A DNA stretch of 64,000 bases from an uncultured Latescibacterota bacterium (GCA_958295785.1 OY282377.1:198394-262393); one strand, 5' to 3'. Positions 1 to 9,724 are shown, numbered from the stretch's first letter. Program-made: numbers and translations. Notes: generated from the sequence alone by a model not told the origin.

Positions 1-900
1 TGGATTTTCGGCTTCTTCTGAAATGAGAAAAACTTCGCGCTTGTACCGCACGTGTTCGCGCGTGCCCCGGTCGAACAACTCGACCTGCAAGGCGTACGCG
101 CCGCCGGGCAGCCCTTCGGTTTCCAGCGCGTCTGTTTTCACCACGCTTTCGCCGGGCTTGAGCAATCGCTTTGCCGGATACGATTTGACGATCATCCCCG
201 TGGTGTCTATCAAACTGTAGCCCAAAACAAACGAATCTTTGGGATTGTCGGCGATGATCTTAAAATTGTAAATCTCAAAGTAAATCTGAATCGGCTTGCC
301 CACCCGGAAAAACCGCGTGGTATTGGGCACGACCCGCCAGCCATTTCTCACAAAACGCCCGTCCGCCTCGACCTTTTCCAACTCTGAGGCAAAGACCACG
401 TCGCTGACGACCAACTCGGTGCCCTCAAAACCGCGCACGCGCATATACCCCTCGCAGGTGCCCGTGTGATCGCCGTAAATATCTTCGGCAGACAGGATTA
501 TTTTGTAGGGCCCCGGCGCAATATCGAGGGCGACGACATCGCGCACCAGCGCGCCGTTTTGCTTTAATTCGCGGATATTCTCGACCGAAACATTGCGCGT
601 CCACAACTCGCGCATCCCTGGGCTTCCCGCTGAATCTTGCAGGGAAAGCACAAAGTCGATTTGGGAAACGTATTTGCCATCTTCGGGCACAAACTGCAAT
701 TGCCGCGCGTCGATCAGCGTATAAACCTCTAAGCGCGTGAGATTTTGCGGCCCTCGAAACCGGGCCATTTCGGCAAACACCCGCAGGTCGCCGGTTGCGC
801 GCAACGGCAGGTCCCGATACACGGGGGCGTCCTCTTGCCCATGTGCGGTTGTCCAAATGCAGGCGAAAGCCATCGCAAAATACCATTTTTTGAGGCGCAT
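1..900 (-). CDS. secreted hypothetical protein, first 300 codons only (gene runs off the left edge); loosely resembles N-terminal part of GWxTD-family proteins
   Basis: Hand translation of the minus strand from ATG 900-898 stays open to position 1: MRLKKWYFAMAFACIWTTAHGQEDAPVYRDLPLRATGDLRVFAEMARFRGPQNLTRLEVYTLIDARQLQF... The N-terminus looks like a signal peptide. It is absent from the ORF track because no stop lies inside the window. Listed ORFs 52..387(+) and 425..886(-) are Arg/Pro-rich alternative frames of this gene. Confidence 0.65.
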   Translation of the reverse strand, partial: MRLKKWYFAMAFACIWTTAHGQEDAPVYRDLPLRATGDLRVFAEMARFRGPQNLTRLEVYTLIDARQLQFVPEDGKYVSQIDFVLSLQDSAGSPGMRELWTRNVSVENIRELKQNGALVRDVVALDIAPGPYKIILSAEDIYGDHTGTCEGYMRVRGFEGTELVVSDVVFASELEKVEADGRFVRNGWRVVPNTTRFFRVGKPIQIYFEIYNFKIIADNPKDSFVLGYSLIDTTGMIVKSYPAKRLLKPGESVVKTDALETEGLPGGAYALQVELFDRGTREHVRYKREVFLISEEAENP

Positions 901-939
901 AACATCCTCCATAAGAGACTGGATTTGTGGAACGGACAC

Positions 940-1824
940 CTATTGCCCCACTTGATCGGCCGCGTGGTAGGAACTGCGGACCAAAGGGCCGGATTCGACG
1001 TGTCGAAACCCCTGCGCGAGCGCGAATTGTTTTAGATCGGCAAATTCATCGGGATGGTAAAAGCGCGCCACAGGCACATGCCGGGCCGAGGGTTGCAAGT
1101 ATTGGCCCACCGTGAGAATATCGGCCTCGCTATCTGCGATGTCTCGAATTGTCTGGCGCACTTCTGCGAGCGTTTCACCCGCGCCGACCATCATGCCCGA
1201 TTTGGTGGGCATGTGGGGGGCGAGGTCTTTCGCCCGTTGCAACAGGGCTAGCGACCGGGCGTATTTGGCCTGGGGGCGCATGATTTTGTACAGACGGGGC
1301 ACGGTTTCGACATTGTGATTTAGGATGTCGGGCAGCGCGTTCACCACCTCGAAGAGGGCCTGCCAATTGCCCTGAAAATCCGGGATCAAAACCTCGACCC
1401 GCGCGTGTGGGCGCAACCGCCGAATCGCCGCGATGGTTTCGGCAAAAATCTCCGCGCCCCCGTCGGGCAGTTCGTCGCGATTGACCGATGTCACCACAGC
1501 GTGCCGCAAGCCCATCGCTTGCACGGCTTTGGCAACGCGCTCGGGTTCTTCCCGGTCGAGACCTTCGGGACGCCCGGTTTTCACCGCGCAAAACCCGCAA
1601 CGCCGCGTACACACGTCGCCCAAAATCATAAACGTCGCGGTGCCCGAGTTCCAACATTCGCCGATATTGGGACAGCGCGCACTTTCGCAAACCGTGTGGA
1701 GGCTCAAGCCGCGCATCAAGTCTTTCAGCGCGCGGTATTTCGCGCTGCCGGGCGCGGGCACGCGAAACCAGTTGGGCAATCGCCCGCGGCGCGGCGCGGC
1801 GTGAATGTCCATCAACCCGCGCAT
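940..1824 (-). CDS. lipA: lipoyl synthase (radical SAM)
   Basis: 294-aa ORF with [13 protein letters not shown] and TRRCGFCAV cysteine motifs typical of LipA. Confidence 0.95.
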   Translation of the reverse strand: MRGLMDIHAAPRRGRLPNWFRVPAPGSAKYRALKDLMRGLSLHTVCESARCPNIGECWNSGTATFMILGDVCTRRCGFCAVKTGRPEGLDREEPERVAKAVQAMGLRHAVVTSVNRDELPDGGAEIFAETIAAIRRLRPHARVEVLIPDFQGNWQALFEVVNALPDILNHNVETVPRLYKIMRPQAKYARSLALLQRAKDLAPHMPTKSGMMVGAGETLAEVRQTIRDIADSEADILTVGQYLQPSARHVPVARFYHPDEFADLKQFALAQGFRHVESGPLVRSSYHAADQVGQ

Positions 1825-3182
1825 GGCACCCTCCGTCCGAAGAGCGTTCTCAAAGTCGTGCGGGCAATCTCGACCTGCACGAGCGCGTGGTCCGCAACGC
1901 CCTCGCGGGGAAATACGACCGTCTTGAAGCCATCGGATTTGCCCGCGGCCAACCCCTCGCCCTTGCGCGCATCCCCTTGCACCAACACCTCGAGGGTGCG
2001 CCCGACATAAGTCGCGTTTATTTTTTCGGAGATGCAGTTCTGTTGGGCGATCACCGCTTCGAGGCGGCGCCCCTTTTCCTCTTCTGAAACCGTGTCCGGC
2101 ATTTCGCGGAACGCGACCGTGCCTTTGCGCGCGGAATACTTAAACATAAATGCAGAATCGTAACGCACCTGCGCCATCAGCGACAAGGTGGCCTCGAAAT
2201 CGCTTTGCGTTTCCCCGGGAAAACCGGCGATGATATCCGTGCTCAAACACAGATCCGGCATGGCGGCGCGCAAATCATCGACCAAGCCGAGATAGTCGTC
2301 GACCGTATAGCTGCGCTGCATCGCTTTGAGAACGCGATTGGACCCGGACTGCACGGGCAAGTGGATGAACCGACAGATTTTCTTTTCACGCGCCATGGTC
2401 TCGATGACCTTTTCAGAAAAATCGCTCGGATGAGGCGACGTAAAGCGGATGCGGTAAATGCCATCTACGCACGCGACCATCGCGAGCAAATCGGCAAAAT
2501 CGCACGCGCCATCGCGGTAGGAATTGACCGTTTGGCCCAGTAAGGTGACTTCTCGAAAACCCGCATCTGCGGCGGCCCGCGCCTGCCTGACAATCTCGCG
2601 TGCTGGCACGCTGCGCTCTCTGCCGCGCACGTAGGGCACGATGCAAAACGTGCAAAACTTATCGCACCCGCGCATAATGGTGATATAGGCATTGCTACTG
2701 GCTTTGCGGATGGGATCGACGCCCGCATAAAATTCGCCGCGATCCAAGCGCACGTCCAACGCCGCGTCGCCGCGCGCTTCGGCGATGAGGTCGGGCAATT
2801 TGCGGTACGAATCCGGGCCGACGACCAAATCGACGTATGGCGCGTCTTTCATCAGGGATTCGGAAACGTGCTTGGCCATACACCCGGATACGCCCATAAT
2901 CAGGTCTGGCCGCCGATACTTGAGCGCGCGCAACTGCCCCAACCGGCCCCGCACGCGCTCCTCGGCGTGTTCGCGAATCGCGCAGGTATTGAGCACCACG
3001 ACATCGGCATCCTCGGGCCGCTGTGCAGACGCATAACCCGCGTCCTGCAAAATGCCCAGCATCAGTTCCGTGTCCGAGACATTCATCTGGCAACCGTAGG
3101 TTTCAATAAAAACCCGTTGCCCCTGCACGGGGGTGACGGGGATCTCGGGTTGCACACCTTCAATATCGAGCAACGCGCTCAC
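1812..3182 (-). CDS. miaB: tRNA methylthiotransferase MiaB (radical SAM)
   Basis: [17 protein letters not shown]-terminal motif, [11 protein letters not shown] radical-SAM CxxxCxxC, and a TRAM-like C-terminus. Overlaps lipA by 13 nt. Confidence 0.9.
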   Translation of the reverse strand: MSALLDIEGVQPEIPVTPVQGQRVFIETYGCQMNVSDTELMLGILQDAGYASAQRPEDADVVVLNTCAIREHAEERVRGRLGQLRALKYRRPDLIMGVSGCMAKHVSESLMKDAPYVDLVVGPDSYRKLPDLIAEARGDAALDVRLDRGEFYAGVDPIRKASSNAYITIMRGCDKFCTFCIVPYVRGRERSVPAREIVRQARAAADAGFREVTLLGQTVNSYRDGACDFADLLAMVACVDGIYRIRFTSPHPSDFSEKVIETMAREKKICRFIHLPVQSGSNRVLKAMQRSYTVDDYLGLVDDLRAAMPDLCLSTDIIAGFPGETQSDFEATLSLMAQVRYDSAFMFKYSARKGTVAFREMPDTVSEEEKGRRLEAVIAQQNCISEKINATYVGRTLEVLVQGDARKGEGLAAGKSDGFKTVVFPREGVADHALVQVEIARTTLRTLFGRRVPCAG

Positions 3183-3184
3183 GT

Positions 3185-4312
3185 TTATTTTCCTCGCTGA
3201 TTTATGGCTTCAAGTGCCAAACGCATTTCTTTGATGGCCTCTGCATCGCGTTCGCAGTGCAGGGCCTCGTCTAGAACTTGTTGCGCCTGATCGCCGCCAA
3301 TTTTGCCCAAGGCCCACGCCGCGTGTTGGCGCACGAGCGGTTCGTCGTCTTTGAGGGCATCTGACAATGCGGGCACCTCGGATTGACCGCCCACATTGCC
3401 CAAAGCAATGGCGACATTTCGCAACAAGCCGCGTCGCTTGGCGCGTTTGATCGGGCTGTTTTTGAACCGCTTGGAAAAAGCCGCCTGATCCATGTGCAGC
3501 AAATCGACAAGGCCGGGCGCGTTCAACCCCGGGCGCGCTTGAAACGCATCTTCGGAAGTCGGCTCCGCGTGCTTGTGATTCCACGGGCAAACTTCTTGGC
3601 AAATGTCGCATCCAAAAACCCAGTTGCCCACATCCGATCTCAACGCGCGCGGCACCGCGCCTTTTAATTCAATGGTCAAATAGGAAATACACCGCCGCGA
3701 ATCCACGCGATAGGGTTCTACAATGGCGTCTGTTGGACACGCATCCAAGCACTGCGTACAAGTGCCGCAGTGATCCGGCTGCGGTTGATCGCACTCGAGC
3801 TCGAGATTCAAAATAATTTCGCCTAAAAAAAACCACGATCCCCGGCCTTTGTCGATCAAGCAAGTGTGTTTTCCAAACCAACCCAGCCCGGCGCGTGCGG
3901 CAAAATCGCGCTCCAAAACAGGGCCGGTATCCACGTAAACCCGGCCTTCGGCAGAAGGCTCAATGCGCTGAATTTCGGCCAGCAATTCAAACAGGCGATC
4001 CTCCATCACCGCGTGGTAATCATCGCCGCGAGCATAGCGCGCAATCTGCCCTTTGGGATGACTGCCATTTTCAGACGCATCGCTATCGGGCAGATAATTG
4101 AGGCCCGCGCACAGCACGGATTTTGCGTTTGGAACAATTTGTCGAACATCTGACCGCCGATCCAAATTGCGCCCCAAATACCCCATTTCTCCCGCGTAAC
4201 CCATCCCCAACCACTTTTGATAAAACGCCCAGTGTTGCGGGGGATCTGCCGATGCAATGCCCACGGGATTGAACCCCAAACGCCGCGCCGCGGCTTTAAT
4301 CTGATCGGTCAT
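3185..4312 (-). CDS. queG: epoxyqueuosine reductase QueG (4Fe-4S, C-terminal HEAT-like repeats)
   Basis: CGTCTQCLDACP and CDICQEVCPWN ferredoxin-type motifs; C-terminal VRQHAAWALGKIGG HEAT-like repeat. I place the start at internal ATG 4312 (MTDQIKAAARRLGFNPVGI). The 18 upstream codons of the tracked ORF (to 4366) fall in an interspersed repeat copy. Confidence 0.85.
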   Translation of the reverse strand: MTDQIKAAARRLGFNPVGIASADPPQHWAFYQKWLGMGYAGEMGYLGRNLDRRSDVRQIVPNAKSVLCAGLNYLPDSDASENGSHPKGQIARYARGDDYHAVMEDRLFELLAEIQRIEPSAEGRVYVDTGPVLERDFAARAGLGWFGKHTCLIDKGRGSWFFLGEIILNLELECDQPQPDHCGTCTQCLDACPTDAIVEPYRVDSRRCISYLTIELKGAVPRALRSDVGNWVFGCDICQEVCPWNHKHAEPTSEDAFQARPGLNAPGLVDLLHMDQAAFSKRFKNSPIKRAKRRGLLRNVAIALGNVGGQSEVPALSDALKDDEPLVRQHAAWALGKIGGDQAQQVLDEALHCERDAEAIKEMRLALEAINQRGK

Positions 4313-4324
4313 GCGGGCATTCCA

Positions 4325-4379
4325 ATCCGGACTTTCCAGAGACTGATTTTTCGCGCCAGATACCACCGCAATACACGAC
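4325..4379. repeat. interspersed intergenic repeat, copy A (partial)
   Basis: tccggactttccagagactgatttttcgcgccagataccaccgcaatacacgac aligns by eye with 44265-44318. Its core (tgatttttcgcgccagat) also matches 41899-41926. Confidence 0.6.
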
Positions 4380-4409
4380 TGACATATTTTTTTTCCTTAT
4401 ATCGAGAGA

Positions 4410-4587
4410 TCAAAAATCTCTATTCTTGTACTGGTGTAGCCTTTCAACTGCTTCACGAGGGGTGATGATCGGAATGCCTTCGACGTGGCCGAGGGCCAGC
4501 ATGTCCTTTTTGTCTCCAGAAACGATCAGGTCCGCTCCGCGCGATCAGCGCGCTCACGAGCCCATTGGTGTCAAGAACGATTCGCAC
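4410..4587 (-). pseudogene. PIN-domain toxin remnant (internal deletion plus frameshift)
   Basis: GTG at 4587 gives VRIVLDTNGLVSALIARSG, a PIN N-terminal motif. The frame then breaks, and a frame offset by 1 nt gives LIVSGDKKDMLALGHVEGIPIITPREAVERLHQYKNRDF* ending at 4410. That totals about 59 codons versus roughly 130-140 for intact PIN toxins. The start overlaps the upstream RHH gene end by 17 nt. Confidence 0.7.
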
Positions 4588-4807
4588 GGACGTGGGCCAC
4601 GGCTTCATCGGCGAGGGTCTGGGCATCCTCATCCGAAAGGTGTTTGTTCCGATCCCAGACCATTTCGACAGTCTCCCAGAAGATCGCTTGGCGGACCGCA
4701 CGGTCAACAAAACGGGACAGGTTGTCTTTCTTGCCGCCAGTCCGGGCCAGATAACTCCGAACCGTGCGGTCAGTGTCTTTTGATATGACGATGTTCCATT
4801 GCGTCAT
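4571..4807 (-). CDS. ribbon-helix-helix (CopG-like) antitoxin-type protein
   Basis: 78-aa ORF MTQWNIVISKDTDRTVRSYLARTGGKKDNLSRFVDRAVRQAIFWE... It is small, sits immediately upstream of and overlaps the PIN remnant, which is the typical type II TA layout. Confidence 0.6.
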   Translation of the reverse strand: MTQWNIVISKDTDRTVRSYLARTGGKKDNLSRFVDRAVRQAIFWETVEMVWDRNKHLSDEDAQTLADEAVAHVRANRS

Positions 4808-4956
4808 GAATAGCCTCTGATGACAATGTTTGTCGTTGATTTGAATTTATGCGTCCACAGTCTCTCCGCACGGTGTTAAATCCAAGAGCGTCAAGACAAT
4901 AATCATCTTCGCCTCGGTTTCGGGTTCTGAGCGTCTTTCATATAGATTCTCTCCTT

Positions 4957-4994
4957 TCCAAAAATAAAGGGCAGGACGCAACAATGCCCTGCCC
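4957..4994 (-). terminator. rho-independent terminator after the IscU-like gene
   Basis: 7-bp GC-rich stem GGGCAGG (4969-4975) / CCTGCCC (4988-4994) with a 12-nt loop. On the minus strand it is followed by TTTATTTTTGG. Confidence 0.6.
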
Positions 4995-5002
4995 CGCGGT
5001 TT

Positions 5003-5368
5003 TCAGGTCTGATTGCCGAGCGCCGTGCGAACCGCATCGACCGCTAAATCGGCGGCGTGTTTCCGCGTGGGGGGCAAGCCGCCGAGCGCGGCCTCGATAT
5101 CGGCGCGTGCGATTTTGCCGGCCTCACTGGGCGTTTTGCCCGCCACCCATTCCGTGAGCACAGAACCCGAAGCAATGGTCGCCGCGCATCCCTGCGCCTG
5201 GAAAACCGCTTGATCGATGATGCCGTCTTTGAACGCGAGATGCAGGGACAGGGTGGCGCCCGAAGCGGGATTTTCCGCAAAGCCCATCGCGTCGGGCGCG
5301 TGCAATGTGCCGACATTTCTGGGATGCTCAAAGTGATCCCGCAAAATCGTGGAATAAGCGTCAGCCAT
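5003..5368 (-). CDS. IscU/NifU-N-like protein lacking two of the three cluster-ligand cysteines
   Basis: From ATG 5368: MADAYSTILRDHFEHPRNVG...ENPASGATLSL...QGCAATIASGSVLTEWVAGKT...PPTRKHAADLA. This aligns by eye to E. coli IscU (APACGD / GCGSAIASSS / IHCS). The longer tracked ORF (to 5482) overlaps the rny 3' end. Confidence 0.75.
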   Translation of the reverse strand: MADAYSTILRDHFEHPRNVGTLHAPDAMGFAENPASGATLSLHLAFKDGIIDQAVFQAQGCAATIASGSVLTEWVAGKTPSEAGKIARADIEAALGGLPPTRKHAADLAVDAVRTALGNQT

Positions 5369-5372
5369 GGGA

Positions 5373-7040
5373 TTACGCGCTGGCCTGTGCAGACGTTCTC
5401 GCTCGGTAATCGCGGCGGCGACCATAGCGTTTTTGGGGGGGCGGCTTGCGTTTGCCGGGGCGGCCGGCCAAATTCGAGGCACTGATTTTTCGAATCAGCG
5501 TGACCTGAACCTCGCCCGGGTAGGTCATTTCCTCGCGGACGCGCTCGGCAATTTCATAAGACAGGTCTTTGGCCTGTTCGTCGTTCACTTGCGCGGCATT
5601 GACCAACACGCGCACTTCGCGGCCCGCATTGATGGCATAAGCGTCTCGCACCCCGTCGAAAGATTGCGCGATCTCCTCCAAACCGCGCATCCGCTTGATA
5701 TACGCTTCCGGGTCGTCTCGCCGAGCGCCGGGTCGGGAGGAAGAAATCGCATCGGCCGCTTTGACCAAAAACGAAAGCGGGGTCTCTGCCTCTGCCTCGC
5801 CGTGGTGATAAAAAATTCCGTTGATCACTTCCGGGCCTTCGCCGTATTTGCCGGCCAGATGCGCGCCAATATCCGTGTGCTTGCCCTCGAGTTCCTGATC
5901 CACGGCTTTGCCGATATCGTGCAACAGCCCACAGCGGCGCGCGAGTTTTTCATCCATGTTCAATTCCGCGGCCATTGTGCCGGCCAGAAAAGCCACTTCT
6001 TTGGAATGCCCCAGCACATTTTGTCCAAAGCTCGTGCGGTATTTGAGCTTCCCCACCAGTTTGACCAGTTTGGGATGCAATTCGTCAATGCCCAATTCGC
6101 GCACGGCCCGATGGCCTTCTTCGGCGATGATTGAGTGGGTCTTTTTTTCGCAATTTGCAACAACGGTTTCAATGCGGCTCGGGCTGATGTGGCCCTCGCG
6201 CACCAATTGCTCCATTGCCAGACGCGCCACATCGCGCTTGACCGGATCAAAGCTGGACAAAACAACCGCCTCGGGCGTGTCGTTGACGATCACTTTCACC
6301 CCCGTCGCGGCTTCAAACGCAATGATATTGCGCCCCTCTTTGCCGACAATCCACGCCTTAATATTGTCATTGGGCAATGTGACGACCGATAGGGACGACT
6401 GCACGGTTTGATCCGTGGAACAGCGTTCGATGGCCTGCGCCAGAATTTTTTTGGCTTCGCGGTCGGCTCGTTCGCGGGCGTGGTCGATCATTTCCCGGCC
6501 GATATTTATGGATGTCTGACGCAGCGAATTTCGAATGTCTTTGAGCAACATCTCGCGGGCATGTTCGACATTCATGCCCGAAATGAGCTCTAATTGCGCC
6601 CGTTGCTGATCGATCAAATCGGCCAGTTCCAATTCTCGCTTCTCCAGACGGACGGCTTTTTGCGCGCCCTCTTGTTCCCGCCGCGTCAGGGTTTTTTCGC
6701 GCTGGCTTACAACTTCGGCCCGCTTGACCAGGCTGGTTTCCCTTTCGTGCAGTTCATCGTTTTGACGATCAAACTCGCGCCGTTTTTGATCAAAAGCCTT
6801 TTCAATTTCAGCCTTCTCGTCATACCACTTGTTTTTGATTTCCAAAAAAGTGGCCTTGCGATTTCGATCTTCTTTTTCCGCGAGTTTGATCGCGTGTTTT
6901 TCAGCCTGCTGCTCAATTTCTCGCACCTTTCGCGCTCTGATTCGGGCGCCCAAAAGCCACCCGATTCCAAACAGGGCAATGGCAACCGCCAGAAAGATCC
7001 CATAAGTTGCCATTGGAGCTCCCAGCAATAACGCATCCAT
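5373..7040 (-). CDS. rny: ribonuclease Y
   Basis: N-terminal TM helix, long charged coiled-coil, KH-like segment and HD domain (LLHDIGKA), about 520-555 aa. The start could be ATG 7040 or the nearby MATYGIF. Confidence 0.9.
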   Translation of the reverse strand: MDALLLGAPMATYGIFLAVAIALFGIGWLLGARIRARKVREIEQQAEKHAIKLAEKEDRNRKATFLEIKNKWYDEKAEIEKAFDQKRREFDRQNDELHERETSLVKRAEVVSQREKTLTRREQEGAQKAVRLEKRELELADLIDQQRAQLELISGMNVEHAREMLLKDIRNSLRQTSINIGREMIDHARERADREAKKILAQAIERCSTDQTVQSSLSVVTLPNDNIKAWIVGKEGRNIIAFEAATGVKVIVNDTPEAVVLSSFDPVKRDVARLAMEQLVREGHISPSRIETVVANCEKKTHSIIAEEGHRAVRELGIDELHPKLVKLVGKLKYRTSFGQNVLGHSKEVAFLAGTMAAELNMDEKLARRCGLLHDIGKAVDQELEGKHTDIGAHLAGKYGEGPEVINGIFYHHGEAEAETPLSFLVKAADAISSSRPGARRDDPEAYIKRMRGLEEIAQSFDGVRDAYAINAGREVRVLVNAAQVNDEQAKDLSYEIAERVREEMTYPGEVQVTLIRKISASNLAGRPGKRKPPPQKRYGRRRDYRARTSAQASA

Positions 7041-7263
7041 TGGAGCCTCCTATCAAATTTCAAATCCAATCTTCGATCCATAGCGCGGATATGTTTGACG
7101 GGCCATGCCGAGATGCCCAAAAAAAACTTCCGAACAGACCGCGCCGAGCACAACAGAAAAACAATAGACATCATGGGTTTTCGTCCTTTGGGAACGCATT
7201 TAAGCCCAAAAGAGAGGGACCGCAATACGACCCCTCCCTTATGGCTGTTCGACAAAGCGATGA

Positions 7264-7590
7264 TTAAACGCTGAAAGATTCCCCACAACCACACTGATTT
7301 TTGGCATTGGGATTGTTAAACCGAAACCCCGTGCCCATCAGGCCATCGTCGTAATCCAATTCGGTGTCCGTCAAAAAAAGCGCGCTTTTCATATCGACAA
7401 AGACCCGAATGCCGTGGGCTTTGACAACGCTGTCGTCTTCGCGGACGGCCCCGTCGAAATCGAGTTGATATTGCAGGCCAGAACACCCGCCGCCAATCAC
7501 TTTCAAGCGCAAGCCGTGATCTGCGGGGCGTCCTTCTCTGTGCATGAGTTCTTTGATTTTGCCCGCAGCAATTTCCGTGACGCGAACCAT
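7264..7590 (-). CDS. HesB/IscA-family iron-sulfur cluster insertion protein
   Basis: MVRVTEIAAGKIKEL...GGGCSGLQYQL...NQCGCGESFSV. GGAGG lies upstream of ATG 7590. The tracked ORF extends further into the peroxiredoxin gene. Confidence 0.85.
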   Translation of the reverse strand: MVRVTEIAAGKIKELMHREGRPADHGLRLKVIGGGCSGLQYQLDFDGAVREDDSVVKAHGIRVFVDMKSALFLTDTELDYDDGLMGTGFRFNNPNAKNQCGCGESFSV

Positions 7591-7600
7591 AATACCTCCA

Positions 7601-8080
7601 TTAATCCAATGCTTTGAGACGCGCTTTGATCGCGTCAAAATCGGGCAGAACGGTGGGGTCGTCAGACACGGATGCAAAGCGCACTGTGCCGGTTTTGTCG
7701 ATCACAAAAGCCGAACGCTTTGCCACGCCTCGCAATCCGATCAACTCCTCAAATTGCGCCCCATAAGCCGCGCTGACCTCTTTGTTGAAATCGCTGAGCA
7801 AGGGAATGGCAATGCCTTTTTCCCTCGCCCAGGCCGCTTGGGCAAAGGGACTATCCACGCTGATGCCCAACACCTGCGCGTCGAGCGCGTCATAATCGGT
7901 CAACCCGCCGCTGACCGAACACATTTCATCGGTGCAGACGTCGGTATAAGCCAGCGGAAAAAACAAAATCACGACGTTTTTCCGCCCCTTGTAATCGGTC
8001 AGAGAAATCTCTTTCAAATCGTCGCCAGACTTCGATTTCAGCGTAAAGTCGGGGGCTTGATCGCCTACAGTAATGCCCAT
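7601..8080 (-). CDS. peroxiredoxin (AhpC/TSA family)
   Basis: MGITVGDQAPDFTLKS...FFPLAYTDVCTDEMC peroxidatic-Cys motif. Confidence 0.85.
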   Translation of the reverse strand: MGITVGDQAPDFTLKSKSGDDLKEISLTDYKGRKNVVILFFPLAYTDVCTDEMCSVSGGLTDYDALDAQVLGISVDSPFAQAAWAREKGIAIPLLSDFNKEVSAAYGAQFEELIGLRGVAKRSAFVIDKTGTVRFASVSDDPTVLPDFDAIKARLKALD

Positions 8081-8102
8081 TGTTCGCTTCCTTTGGAAAA
8101 AT

Positions 8103-8714
8103 TCACCGCGCAGCTTCGTAGCGGCGATTCACTTCGTCCCAGTTAATGGTATTCATCCATGCCGCGATATAATCGGGGCGCAAGTTTTGATATTTGAGAT
8201 AATAGGCGTGCTCCCACACATCGAGGCCGAGAATGGGCGTTCCGTCGCCCGTCATGAGCGGGTTGTCTTGATTGGCCGTACTCAAAATATCGAGCTTGCC
8301 ATCTCGCACCACGCACCAGGCCCACCCACTGCCAAAGCGCGTGGTTGCAGCCGTCGCAAATTTTTCATAAGCGGCTTCCCTGCTGCCAAAAGAGGACACA
8401 ATGGCTTCGGCGATTGCGCCCGTGGGCTCGGCCCCGCCATTGGGACTCATAATGGTCCAGAACAAACTGTGGTTGGCGTGGCCGCCGCCATTGTTTTGAA
8501 CCGCCGTGCGGATGTCTTCGGGCACGCTGTCCAAATTGCCGATCAGGCTTTCGATAGACTGATTCGCCAACGCGTCGTGCCCTTCAAGCGCGGCATTGAG
8601 ATTGGTCACATAGGCATTGTGGTGCTTGGAATGGTGAATTTCCATCGTCCGCGCGTCGATATAGGGCTCGAGCGCGTCGTAAGCATAAGGCAGGTCGGGC
8701 AATTGATATGCCAT
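8103..8714 (-). CDS. Fe/Mn superoxide dismutase
   Basis: [36 protein letters not shown]...[12 protein letters not shown]. Confidence 0.95.
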   Translation of the reverse strand: MAYQLPDLPYAYDALEPYIDARTMEIHHSKHHNAYVTNLNAALEGHDALANQSIESLIGNLDSVPEDIRTAVQNNGGGHANHSLFWTIMSPNGGAEPTGAIAEAIVSSFGSREAAYEKFATAATTRFGSGWAWCVVRDGKLDILSTANQDNPLMTGDGTPILGLDVWEHAYYLKYQNLRPDYIAAWMNTINWDEVNRRYEAAR

Positions 8715-8821
8715 TTTGAAACTCCTTGTTTAAGAGATGAACAGGGTGTGGTATTTTGCGAGTGGAGTAAAAATATAATGAACTCTCTTATGGGCGTCAA
8801 GTCCTTATACAAGCCATTTAT

Positions 8822-8865
8822 TTGTCACAACATAAATACTTACAACAACTTGATTTATGTGACAA
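8822..8865. promoter_or_regulatory. imperfect palindrome between panC stop and sod start (operator or U-tract-poor terminator)
   Basis: TTGTCACAACATAAAT - 15 nt - ATTTATGTGACAA. Lies 5 nt downstream of the panC stop and about 110-150 nt upstream of the sod ATG. Confidence 0.3.
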
Positions 8866-8869
8866 AAAA

Positions 8870-9724
8870 TCATTTGACGCGAACCGGCGCGTTGTCTATC
8901 AGGCGCGCCTTGCCAAAGCGCACGGCCACGGCCAGCAAAACGGAATTTTTGAGCACTGCAACAGGCGTGAGGTTTTCCGCATCCACGGCTTCGATATAGT
9001 CGATTTTTGCATGGCACAGTGGCGCGATCACATCGCGCATCGCCGCTACGACCCTCGGCGCGCGCCGTTCGCCTTGCGCGATCATGTTTTTTCCCAGCAT
9101 CAACGCCCGATAAAGCGATGGGGCTTCTCGCCGTTCTTCGGGGCTTAAATAGGCATTCCGAGAACTCATCGCCAAGCCATCCGCTTCGCGCACTGTGGGC
9201 GCCATCAATATCTCCACATCCAAATTGAGATCGCGCACCATCTTTTGAATCACGAGGGTCTGTTGCGCGTCTTTTTGCCCAAAAACAGCCACATGGGGTT
9301 TGACCGCTGCAAACAACTTGGCGACGACCGTGGTCACGCCTTCAAAATGCCCGGGCCGATGCGCGCCACACAGCCCTTCGGTCAGCCGCGCCACCCCGAC
9401 CGTCGTCGCAAAATCCTCGGGATAAATTTCTTTGACCTCGGGCAAATACGCCAGATGCACGCCGCACGGGTCGAGCCGTTCCAAATCGCGCGCCAAATCC
9501 CTGGGATAGGCGGCGAAATCCTCGGCCGGGCCAAATTGCAGTGGGTTGACGAAAATGCTCACCACCACGCGATCCGCCACTTTCCGCGCCCGGCGCACCA
9601 AGCTGAGATGCCCTTCGTGCAAATCCCCCATCGTGGGCACGAGCGCGATGCGCTGCCCGGCTCGTCGCATCTGGTCGGCTTTGCGGTGCATCGCGCGAAC
9701 CGCTTTTACGATTTTGACGGCCAT
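8870..9724 (-). CDS. panC: pantoate--beta-alanine ligase
   Basis: ALVPTMGDLHEGHLSLV and VSIFVNPLQFGPAEDF motifs. Confidence 0.95.
   Translation of the reverse strand: MAVKIVKAVRAMHRKADQMRRAGQRIALVPTMGDLHEGHLSLVRRARKVADRVVVSIFVNPLQFGPAEDFAAYPRDLARDLERLDPCGVHLAYLPEVKEIYPEDFATTVGVARLTEGLCGAHRPGHFEGVTTVVAKLFAAVKPHVAVFGQKDAQQTLVIQKMVRDLNLDVEILMAPTVREADGLAMSSRNAYLSPEERREAPSLYRALMLGKNMIAQGERRAPRVVAAMRDVIAPLCHAKIDYIEAVDAENLTPVAVLKNSVLLAVAVRFGKARLIDNAPVRVK

Noticed and set aside
52-886. Tracked ORFs 52..387(+) and 425..886(-) at the left edge
   Set aside because: A third frame on the minus strand is open across the whole 900 bp. It encodes a protein with a signal peptide and normal composition, whereas the tracked ORFs are Arg/Pro-rich alternatives.
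4340-4365. CTGGCGCGAAAAATCA core of the interspersed repeat as a sigma-54 (-24/-12) promoter
   Set aside because: TGGCGC resembles the -24 TGGCAC element, but the -12 position reads ATCA rather than TTGC. The essential GC dinucleotide is absent in all three copies.
8073-8999. 308-aa plus-strand ORF, plus similar long antisense ORFs at 5367..6134, 19365..20513, 20595..21602, 37171..38094 and 48552..49502
   Set aside because: Each lies opposite a confidently assigned gene (sod, rny, lyase, GT4, sulfatase). They have Arg/Gly/His-rich composition without recognisable motifs.
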